Source of the DNA: an uncultured Actinomycetes bacterium | GTDB taxonomy: Bacteria; Actinomycetota; Acidimicrobiia; IMCC26256; DASPTH01 | NCBI GenBank assembly: GCA_963841415.1 | Contig: CAWJCN010000004.1 | Coordinates: 319,415 to 383,414 of the forward strand | Reading direction: 5' to 3' | DNA: 64,000 bases | Shown: positions 56,382-64,000 of the stretch, piece after piece | How positions within the stretch are numbered: the stretch's first letter is position 1 | Layout of the letters: each line of letters begins with the position of its first letter | Notes under the pieces: model-generated | The model's database searches: none | Told to the model about the DNA's origin: nothing | The model's input: only the letters and a program-made list of their open reading frames with translations | Translations under genes and position numbers: made by a program

Positions 56382-57245
56382 TCACCGTCCCTCCCTCCGG
56401 GCACGGTTCCGCTCCGTCTCCTCCTGAGAGCGCGCCAACAGGTCGTCGTCGGGTGTGACCGCGCGCACCGGGAGGGCGCCGTCGACCGGCGCCAGCGGGG
56501 TGTGCGTCACGTCACCCGGCAACCCGGCCAGCGTGGCCAGTCCGCACGCGTACGGCAGCTCGGGCAACGCCGCCGCGAGGGCGACGCCCGCCGCGATCCC
56601 CACCGATGTCTCCATCATCGAGCTCACGACCGCCGGTACGCCGGCTTCCTCGGCGACCGCGAGCGCGGCGCGCACACCACCCAAGGGCTGCTGCTTCAGC
56701 ACGATCACGTCGGCGGCGTCGAGCGCGCGCAAGCGGCGCGCGTCGTCGAGCGAGCGGATGCATTCGTCGGCGGCGACGCGCACGTCGACGCGCCGCCGTA
56801 CCGCGGCGAGGTCGTCGAGCGTGGCCACCGGCTGCTCGACGTACTCGAGGTCGAAGGCCGCGAGCCGCGTGATCATCGCAACCGCGGTGTCGACGTCCCA
56901 CGCCCCGTTGGCGTCGACCCGGAGCGCCACGTCGGGACCCACCGCGTCGCGCACCGCGCGCAGCAGCGCGACGCCCGACGCGTCGCGCACCTTCACCTTG
57001 ACCGCCGGGTAGGCGCGCACGTCCTGCACCAGGAACGGCCCGTCGACGAGCGCGTTCACGGGTACGGAGTCGCGCCGCGCGGGCGGGAACCCGTCGCTCG
57101 CCGCCTCGACCGCCGCCGCACGGCAGATCGCCGGGTCGCTCGGGTAGCCCGGCAGCGGGGAGCATTCGCCCCACCCGCCCGGCCCCTCGAACAACGTGAC
57201 CTCGCGGTCACCGAGCCGGAGCCGGTGCTCGTTCAGGAGAGGCAC
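56382..57245 (-). CDS. menC: o-succinylbenzoate synthase
   Basis: REVTLFEGPGGWGECSPLPGY, LRVDANGAW, EYVEQP, VLKQQPLGG enolase-superfamily motifs. N-terminus looks short and the start is uncertain. Confidence 0.8.
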   Translation of the reverse strand: MPLLNEHRLRLGDREVTLFEGPGGWGECSPLPGYPSDPAICRAAAVEAASDGFPPARRDSVPVNALVDGPFLVQDVRAYPAVKVKVRDASGVALLRAVRDAVGPDVALRVDANGAWDVDTAVAMITRLAAFDLEYVEQPVATLDDLAAVRRRVDVRVAADECIRSLDDARRLRALDAADVIVLKQQPLGGVRAALAVAEEAGVPAVVSSMMETSVGIAAGVALAAALPELPYACGLATLAGLPGDVTHTPLAPVDGALPVRAVTPDDDLLARSQEETERNRARREGR

Positions 57246-58105
57246 AGCCCCACGCTCACGAGCACGGCGACGACCACTTCGACCTTCGAGGTCGCCACCA
57301 GGACCGCGACCAGCGACGGTGGATCGCTGCGCGACAGGATCGTGCGCACGGGCGCCACCGCCAGCGGGAGCGCGAGCAGTCCGAGCAAGGCCCAAGGTTG
57401 GGAGATCCCGATCGCGACCACCGAGAGGAACGATCCGACGTAACAGGCGACGAACATCCGCCGTGCGGTCGTCGTCCCCAGCCGCACCGCGAGCGTGCGC
57501 TTCCCGGTGACTGCGTCGGTCGGGACGTCGCGCACGTTGTTGGCGAGGAGGATGGCGCAGGCGAGCAGACCGACCACGAGCGAACCCCACCACGCGGCCG
57601 ACGGGACCGCTTCGATCTGCACGTACGCCGAGCCGACGGTGGCGACGAACCCGAAGAACACGAGCACCATCAGCTCGCCCAGCCCCAGGTACCCGTAGGG
57701 CTTGGGCCCGCCGGTGTAGAGCCACGCCGCACCGATCGCCGCCACGCCGACGAGCAGCAGCCAGGGGTCGACCACGAGCGACAGCACCAGCCCCGCGACC
57801 GCGGCGACGCCGAACGACAGGAACGCGGCTCGCTTCACCGCGCTCGGCGTGGCCAGACCGGTCGCGGTGAGACGCACGGGTCCCTTGCGGTCCTTGTCGG
57901 TGCCGCGCACGCCGTCGGAGTAGTCGTTGGCGTAGTTGACCCCCACCTGGAGCGCGACCGCGACGACGAGCGCGCACGCAGCGCGCCACCAGATCACACC
58001 GTCGGCCGCCGCCACCGCGGCCGACGTGCCGACCAGCACCGGTGCCACCGCCGCGCCCAACGTCCGCGGCCGCGCCCCCTGGACCCACAGCGAGGTAGAG
58101 GTCAC
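57233..58105 (-). CDS. menA: 1,4-dihydroxy-2-naphthoate polyprenyltransferase
   Basis: UbiA-family membrane protein. ARPRTL, VNYANDYSDGVRGTD motif. GTG at 58105 preferred over the track start at 58177. Confidence 0.85.
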   Translation of the reverse strand: MTSTSLWVQGARPRTLGAAVAPVLVGTSAAVAAADGVIWWRAACALVVAVALQVGVNYANDYSDGVRGTDKDRKGPVRLTATGLATPSAVKRAAFLSFGVAAVAGLVLSLVVDPWLLLVGVAAIGAAWLYTGGPKPYGYLGLGELMVLVFFGFVATVGSAYVQIEAVPSAAWWGSLVVGLLACAILLANNVRDVPTDAVTGKRTLAVRLGTTTARRMFVACYVGSFLSVVAIGISQPWALLGLLALPLAVAPVRTILSRSDPPSLVAVLVATSKVEVVVAVLVSVGLCLS

Positions 58106-58180
58106 GGTGATCTCACCTGCGCACCCGCGAGTGAACGACCGCGCCGCAGGTACCCTGCGGCGCAGCGAGCGAGCCAATCA

Positions 58181-59041
58181 TCATGGTCGCTTGGGGAACT
58201 GGTCGAAGTCGGGCTTGCGCTTCTCGAGGTACGCGCGCTTGCCCTCCTGCGCCTCTTCGCCCATGTAGTAGAGGAGCGTGGCGTCGCCGGCCAGCTGCTG
58301 GATGCCGGCGAGGCCGTCGTCGGCCGCGTTGCACGACGCCTTGATCATGCGCAGCGCCAGCGGGCTGTGCTCGAGCATCTGACGGCTCCACGCGACCGTC
58401 TCCTCCTCGAGCGCTTCGAGCGGCACGACGGTGTTGACGAGGCCCATGTCCAGCGCCTGCTGCGCGTCGTACTGACGGCACAGGAACCAGATCTCGCGCG
58501 CCTTCTTCTGGCCGACCGAGCGCGCCAGGAGCCCGGAGCCGTACCCGCCGTCGAACGAACCGACCCGGGGTCCGGTCTGGCCGAAGCGCGCGTTGTCGGC
58601 CGCGATGGTGAGATCGCACACGACGTGCAGCACGTGGCCGCCGCCGATCGCGTAGCCGGCGACCATCGCGACGACCGGCTTGGGCACCCGGCGGATGAGC
58701 ACTTGGAGGTCGAGCACGTTGAGCCGGCCGATGCCGTCGTCGCCCACGTAACCGTCGTCGCCCCGAATGCGCTGGTCGCCACCCGAGCAGAAGGCGTCGG
58801 GACCCTCGCCGGTGAGGACGATGACGCCGATGTCGCGATCGTTGCGCGCTCGCTCGAATGCGTCCTGGAGCTCGAAGAGGGTCTGGGGCCGGAAGGCGTT
58901 GCGCACCTCGGGGCGACAGATCGTGATCTTGGCGATGCCGTCGGACGTCTCGTAGCTGACGTCGCCGTAGCCGGTGTCGACCGACGTCCAGTCGGCGCCG
59001 GGGCGGATCCGGCGTTCGGTGTGCTTGCTCGCCACGTTCAT
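58181..59041 (-). CDS. menB: 1,4-dihydroxy-2-naphthoyl-CoA synthase
   Basis: ATG at 59041. [45 protein letters not shown] motifs. Confidence 0.9.
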   Translation of the reverse strand: MNVASKHTERRIRPGADWTSVDTGYGDVSYETSDGIAKITICRPEVRNAFRPQTLFELQDAFERARNDRDIGVIVLTGEGPDAFCSGGDQRIRGDDGYVGDDGIGRLNVLDLQVLIRRVPKPVVAMVAGYAIGGGHVLHVVCDLTIAADNARFGQTGPRVGSFDGGYGSGLLARSVGQKKAREIWFLCRQYDAQQALDMGLVNTVVPLEALEEETVAWSRQMLEHSPLALRMIKASCNAADDGLAGIQQLAGDATLLYYMGEEAQEGKRAYLEKRKPDFDQFPKRP

Positions 59042-59166
59042 GGGTGTCTCCACTCTTGGAGCGATCACTCCTACGAATCTCGTACGGTAGCGCGGCGCCC
59101 GAGGGTCGGTACCCTCGGCGCATCACCGCCGTCCCCCGCGCCGCTGTTCCTCGCGATCTGCGTCCG

Positions 59167-60102
59167 ATGCTCGCGGTGCCGTCGAAGGCACTGCCCCGCG
59201 ACGACGGGAACTGGGGCTACGAGATGAAGTGGGACGGGATGCGCGCCCTGGTCGGTGTCGACCGCGGCGACGTCTGGATCACGTCACGCGCCGGGAACGA
59301 CGCCACCGGCCGGTTCCCGGAGGTCACCGCGATCGCCGACGACCTCGGCCCGGTCGACGCGCTGCTCGACGGCGAGATCGTCGCGCTCGACAGCGACGGC
59401 GTCCCGAGCTTCGAGCGCCTCCAGCCGCGGATGCAGGCCCACGGCGCGGCCGCGGTGCGCGAGCGGGCGGCACACCAGCCGATCGTGTACATGGTGTTCG
59501 ACGTGCTCTGGCTCGCCGGGCATTCGACCTGCGAGCTGCCCTACCGCGAACGTCGCGCGCTGCTCGACCGTCTCGACCTCGCGGGGCCGTCCTGGCAGAC
59601 CCCGCCGACGACCTTCGGCGCCGGCGCAGGCGTCCTCGAGACGAGCCGCGCACTCGGACTCGAGGGCGTCGTGGCCAAGCGGGCCGACAGCCCGTACCGG
59701 CCCGGTCGGCGCGCTGACACGTGGCGGAAGGTCAAGGCCGTCGTGGGCCAGGAGCTCGTGGTGGGCGGTTGGCTCGGCGGCGCGGGTCGGCTCGACGGTC
59801 GGCTCGGGTCGCTCCTCATCGGCTACCACGACGCCGACGGTGCGCTGCAGTTCGCGGGACGGGTCGGCTCCGGCATCGACGGGCTCGCGCGCGACCGGCT
59901 GGAGGACGCGCTCGCCCCGTTGCGGCGCGCCACCAGCCCCTTCGTGACCACCCCGAAGCTGCCGGCGCCGGTGTGGGTCGAGCCCGAGCTCGTGGTCGAG
60001 GTCGGGTTCCACGAGTGGACGAGCGCCGGGGTCCTGCGCGCGCCGCGGTTCCGCGGGGTGCGGGACGACAAGCCGGCTGTCGACGTCGTGCGCGAGACCT
60101 GA
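59167..60102 (+). CDS. ATP-dependent DNA ligase (LigC / LigD ligase-domain type)
   Basis: PMLAV...YEMKWDGMRAL (KxDG adenylation motif), LDGEIV, EGVVAKR, WRKVK. Start uncertain: the track GTG at 59044 sits 2 nt from the divergent menB start. Confidence 0.75.
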   Translation: MLAVPSKALPRDDGNWGYEMKWDGMRALVGVDRGDVWITSRAGNDATGRFPEVTAIADDLGPVDALLDGEIVALDSDGVPSFERLQPRMQAHGAAAVRERAAHQPIVYMVFDVLWLAGHSTCELPYRERRALLDRLDLAGPSWQTPPTTFGAGAGVLETSRALGLEGVVAKRADSPYRPGRRADTWRKVKAVVGQELVVGGWLGGAGRLDGRLGSLLIGYHDADGALQFAGRVGSGIDGLARDRLEDALAPLRRATSPFVTTPKLPAPVWVEPELVVEVGFHEWTSAGVLRAPRFRGVRDDKPAVDVVRET

Positions 60103-60125
60103 ACCGCCGCGTTACGGTCCTGAGC

Positions 60126-61571
60126 ATGATCGACGACCTCGCGGTGCTCGACGCCACTGGACAGGCCGCACTGGTCCGCGACGGCGTGGCCACGCCACGC
60201 GAGCTCGTCGACGCTGCAATCGCACGCATCGACGCCGCTGACGGCGCGCTGCACGCCGTGATCCACCGGCGCGACGACCGCGCCCGCGCCGAGGCCGACG
60301 CCGGGCCGCCCGACGGCCCCTTCCGCGGCGTGCCCATCCTCGTCAAGGACCTCGACGGCTCGCTCGCGGGCGAGCCGTTGCACCTCGGCAACCGCCTCCT
60401 GCGCGACCTCGGTCACGTGGCCGACCACGACTCCTATCTGTTCGCGCACCTGCGCGCCGCGGGATGCGTGATCGTCGGCAAGACCAACACCCCCGAGCTC
60501 GGCTTGCTCCCCACCGTCGAGTCGCTCGCGCACGGGCCCGCCCACAACCCGTGGGACCTCGAACGCTCACCCGGGGGCTCGAGCGGCGGCAGCGGCGCCG
60601 CGGTGGCGTCGGGCATGGTGCCCGCCGCCCATGCGGGCGACGGCGGCGGCTCGATCCGGATCCCCGCCAGCGCGTGCGGGGTGTTCGGTTGCAAACCTTC
60701 CCGAGGGAGGGTGTCGCTCGGACCCGACGATGGCGAGGCGTGGGCAGGGCTGGTCGCCCGGCACATGCTCACGCGCTCGGTGCGCGACAGCGCGTCGCTG
60801 CTCGACGTGATCGCAGGCGCGGTCCCCGGTGACCCGTACGCGGCCGCGCCCCCGGCCCGTCCGTTCGTCGAGGAGGTGGGCGCCGATCCGGGGCGTCTGC
60901 GCGTCGGCGTGATGAGCGCCGCGACCCCCGGCGGCCTGGCCGAGGTCGACCCGGCGTGCACTGCCGCGGGCGACGACGCCGCCGCGCTGCTCGCGTCGCT
61001 CGGCCACCGCGTCGAGCCCGGCTACCCCGAGACGCTCGACGACCTCACGCTGCTCGTGCACTTCACCACCGTGCTCGCGGCGAGCACGGCGTTCGATCTG
61101 CGCAAGCTCGCCGTCATCGCCGGACGCGAGCTGACGCCCGCCGACGTCGAACCGCTCACATGGGCCCAGGCCGAGCTCGGCCGCACGGTGACCGCGGATG
61201 CGTACCTCGAAGCGGTGGAGTCGTTGCGCGCGTGGTCACGGCGGGTGGCGCGCTGGTGGGACGACGAAGGCGACGGCTTCGACCTGCTGCTCACGCCGAC
61301 GATGGCGCGCCCACCCGCGAAGCTCGGCGAGATCCGCGGCGACGACGCCGAGGGCGCGCTCGTCGCAGCGACGCCCTACGCCGCGTTCACCGTGCCCTTC
61401 AACGTGACGGGCCAACCGGCGATGTCGGTACCGCTGCACTGGGCCGACGGGCTGCCGATCGGCGTGCAGCTCGTCGCCGCCACCGGACGCGAAGACGTGC
61501 TCTTCCGCGTCGCCGGCCAGCTCGAAGCGGCCCGCCCCTGGATCGAGCGGCGCCCACCCGTCCACGCCTGA
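60126..61571 (+). CDS. amidase (amidase-signature family)
   Basis: ATG at 60126. GGSSGGSGAAVASG...GGSIRIPAS signature. Confidence 0.85.
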   Translation: MIDDLAVLDATGQAALVRDGVATPRELVDAAIARIDAADGALHAVIHRRDDRARAEADAGPPDGPFRGVPILVKDLDGSLAGEPLHLGNRLLRDLGHVADHDSYLFAHLRAAGCVIVGKTNTPELGLLPTVESLAHGPAHNPWDLERSPGGSSGGSGAAVASGMVPAAHAGDGGGSIRIPASACGVFGCKPSRGRVSLGPDDGEAWAGLVARHMLTRSVRDSASLLDVIAGAVPGDPYAAAPPARPFVEEVGADPGRLRVGVMSAATPGGLAEVDPACTAAGDDAAALLASLGHRVEPGYPETLDDLTLLVHFTTVLAASTAFDLRKLAVIAGRELTPADVEPLTWAQAELGRTVTADAYLEAVESLRAWSRRVARWWDDEGDGFDLLLTPTMARPPAKLGEIRGDDAEGALVAATPYAAFTVPFNVTGQPAMSVPLHWADGLPIGVQLVAATGREDVLFRVAGQLEAARPWIERRPPVHA

Positions 61572-61593
61572 GCGCCGGACCCGCGCTGCGACC

Positions 61594-62440
61594 TCAGGGC
61601 TGCACGGCGCGCGCGGGATCCATCAGCGGCGGCGCGCCGCCCGCCATCCAGTTGGTCCGAGCCCGAGTCGTGGCAAGTGCCGCGTGCTCGTGCGGCAGGA
61701 CGAAGAACCGGCCGGTGACGATCGCGTCGCGCACGGCATCGGCGACCACCTCGGGCGGGATGCCGGCCGCGGCGAGCGCGTTGGCGATCTCGCGGGTCGT
61801 GTCGGCGTCGGGGGTCGCGACCCAGTCGGCGAGCGCCGTCGGCGCGTTGCGCGCCGACTCACCGATGCGGGTCTGGACGAACCCCGGGCACAGCACCGAG
61901 ACTCCGACCGACGACCCGCGCGGCGAGGTCGTAGTGGAGCGATTCGCTGAGGCCCACCACCGCGAACTTGGTGGTGCAGTAGATGCCGAGCCCGGCGACC
62001 CCGCCGAGCCCGGCGAGCGAGGCCGTGTTCACGATGTGGCCCTCGTCCTGTTCGAGCAGCAGCGGGAGGAACGTGTGCACGCCGTGCACGACGCCCATGA
62101 GGTTGACCCCGATCACCCATTCCCAGAGGTCGAGGGGCGCGTCGACGATGCCGCCGCCACCGACCCCGGCGTTGTTGCACACCACGTGCACGGCTCCGTA
62201 GGCCTCGAGTGCCCGGTCCCGGACCGTCTCGACGTCGGCCGCGGATGCGACATCGGCCGCCACGCCGATCGCCCGTGCACCCCCGGCTTCGAGCTCGGTG
62301 ACGGTCGCCGACAGGGGCTCGGCCTCGACGTCGGCCAGCACCAACCGCATGCCGTCGGCCGCGAACCGTTGCGCGAGCGCCCGGCCGATGCCGCTCGCCC
62401 CACCCGTGACCACTGCGACCCGGCCCTGTAGCTCGCGCAT
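61594..62440 (-). CDS. SDR-family oxidoreductase, frame broken near 61895-61905
   Basis: VTGGASGIGRA, NNAG, YCTTK in ORF 61859..62440. The continuation VLCPGFVQT... is in ORF 61594..61896. Confidence 0.75.
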
Positions 62441-62564
62441 CCGACCCCCTCCGGGTGCCTGATCGTCGGCCGCAGTCTCCCACGCGACCGCTTCGTCACC
62501 GCGGGGCGACCACGAACCGTGACATTTGCTTCACGGAGAGTCGCCAGTTATCGTCACCGGCGTC

Positions 62565-64000
62565 ATGACCGGGAGCGCCGCGGTCGGACCCGCGACATCG
62601 GGTGGGGCTGATGGAGCCGCAGAACGCAGCGGCTTCTCGGACCGTGTCATCTGGTGCTTCGTCGCGGCCGGAATCCTGCTGTCGTTCCTGATCCTCGCGT
62701 TGCCGAGCGACGACCTCCGGTCCTTCGGCTTCGACTCGTTGTCGCTGGTCGCGGCGGGGGCGGCGCTGTGCGGCATCCTGCGCAACCAACCCGCACGCGG
62801 CGGCACATGGCGACTCTTCGCGTTCGGCCTGGTGCTCATCGCGGCGGGCGACGTCGTCTACGACGTCGCGGTGCACGCCTTCGGTCGAGCCGACGGCTAC
62901 CCGTTCTCGGACATCCTCTATCTGCTCTCCTACCCGGTGCTCGCCGTCGCCCTCGCGCAGCTGGCGCGTTCCCGCTTCGACCGCGCCACCGTCACCGACA
63001 GCGCGCTCGTTGCGGTCGCGCTCTCGGCCGTGATGTGGCACTGGGTGATCTCGCCGGTGTTCGCGAGCACGAGCGGCTCGACCGCCGAGCGACTCATCAC
63101 CGTTGCATACCCGTTGATGGACCTCGCGCTCGTCGTGGTGATCGTGCACGCGGTCTTCACCCTGCCGCGGTGGACGGCGTCGGCGTGGCTCCTGTTCGCC
63201 GGGCTCATCTTGATGCTCGTCGCCGACGCGGTCTACGCCCGGCTGGTGGCCGATGGCACCTACGTCGAGGGCACCTGGCTCGACGCGCTGTGGCCGATCT
63301 CGTACCTCCTCCTCGCGGCGGCGGTGATGCACCCGTCGATGCGCAGGTTGTGGAACGAACCCGCGAACCCCGTGCGGCGCGAGCGCGCGCGCATGTTGGT
63401 CCTCGGGGCGGCGCTGTTCGCCGCGCCCGTCGTCGTGCTCATCGACGACTCCGGGACGGGCGCGTCGGTGACGTTGGCCGTCATCACCGGCGTGGCCGCG
63501 CTGGCGGTGGCGTGGCGCATCGTGCGGGTCGTCGACGAATCGAACCAGGCGCGCGGCGAGATCGCGGCGAGCGAAGCGCGGTTCCGCGCGCTGGTGCAGC
63601 ACGCAGCCGACGTCGTCGTCGTGATCGATGAGCAGGGCGAGGTCCAGTACGTCAGCCCCGCGATCGACTCTGTCTTCGGCAGGACACCCGAGCGCCTGGT
63701 GGGCAAGCGGTTCACCGACTACCTCGGCGACGATCTCGCCGACGCGCAAGAGCTCTTCCTCGAGCTGATGGAGCACCCGGGCGAGCCCTTGCACCGGGAA
63801 TTCTCCGTCGCCGACGAACACGGCTCGCGCTGCATCGAGGCAACCTGGACCAACCAACTCGACGAGCCTGCGGTCCGCGGCTTCGTCGGCAACCTGCGTG
63901 ACGTGACGGTGCGCAAGCGCGCCATCGCCTTCTCTCGGGACGAGACACGCATCCTCGAGCAGATCCTCTCGGGCGCGTCAGTGCCCGAGACCCTGGGCGC
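62565..64000 (+). CDS. membrane sensor protein with PAS domain (probable GGDEF/EAL-type signalling protein), 3-prime end off-window
   Basis: Not in the track because it has no stop in the window. Frame opens after the TGA at 62520. Multi-TM N-terminus, then EARFRALVQHAADVVVVIDEQGEVQYVSPAIDSVFG (PAS). Start ATG 62565 is tentative. Confidence 0.7.
   Translation, partial: MTGSAAVGPATSGGADGAAERSGFSDRVIWCFVAAGILLSFLILALPSDDLRSFGFDSLSLVAAGAALCGILRNQPARGGTWRLFAFGLVLIAAGDVVYDVAVHAFGRADGYPFSDILYLLSYPVLAVALAQLARSRFDRATVTDSALVAVALSAVMWHWVISPVFASTSGSTAERLITVAYPLMDLALVVVIVHAVFTLPRWTASAWLLFAGLILMLVADAVYARLVADGTYVEGTWLDALWPISYLLLAAAVMHPSMRRLWNEPANPVRRERARMLVLGAALFAAPVVVLIDDSGTGASVTLAVITGVAALAVAWRIVRVVDESNQARGEIAASEARFRALVQHAADVVVVIDEQGEVQYVSPAIDSVFGRTPERLVGKRFTDYLGDDLADAQELFLELMEHPGEPLHREFSVADEHGSRCIEATWTNQLDEPAVRGFVGNLRDVTVRKRAIAFSRDETRILEQILSGASVPETLG

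Overview
High-GC (about 70%) actinobacterial-type chromosome segment, mostly tightly packed housekeeping genes. Recognisable blocks are: (1) a TPP-riboswitch-controlled thiamine salvage operon, thiamine pyrophosphokinase plus a ThiBPQ-like ABC importer (8.47-12.98 kb); (2) an OmpR-type two-component pair, ribB and pdxH; (3) two ECF sigma / anti-sigma modules; (4) a fatty-acid/CoA cluster (fadD-like ligase, flavin reductase, two crotonases, a CoA-transferase); (5) a menaquinone cluster, menG/ubiE, menF, menD, menH, menC, menA, menB (52.0-59.0 kb). The one clearly accessory region is a ~6.7 kb lower-GC island (13727-20457). It is bounded by perfect 19-bp direct repeats and carries a tyrosine integrase, a small serine recombinase, HTH proteins and several unknown small proteins. 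It also holds two unusually long non-coding stretches; the 674-bp one is dense in stem-loops and is my best candidate for something undescribed. Other notable items: a 62-bp x 6 near-identical tandem repeat between two co-directional genes (MIRU/VNTR-like); a triple chaplin-like LPXTG protein in an ECF sigma operon; two gene remnants with large internal deletions. At least 8 genes have a reading frame broken by apparent 1-nt indels, including menF, so sequence quality must be checked before any is called a pseudogene. Many long ORFs in the supplied track are GC-rich shadow frames opposite or overlapping real genes and are not reported. No rRNA, tRNA or CRISPR array was seen.
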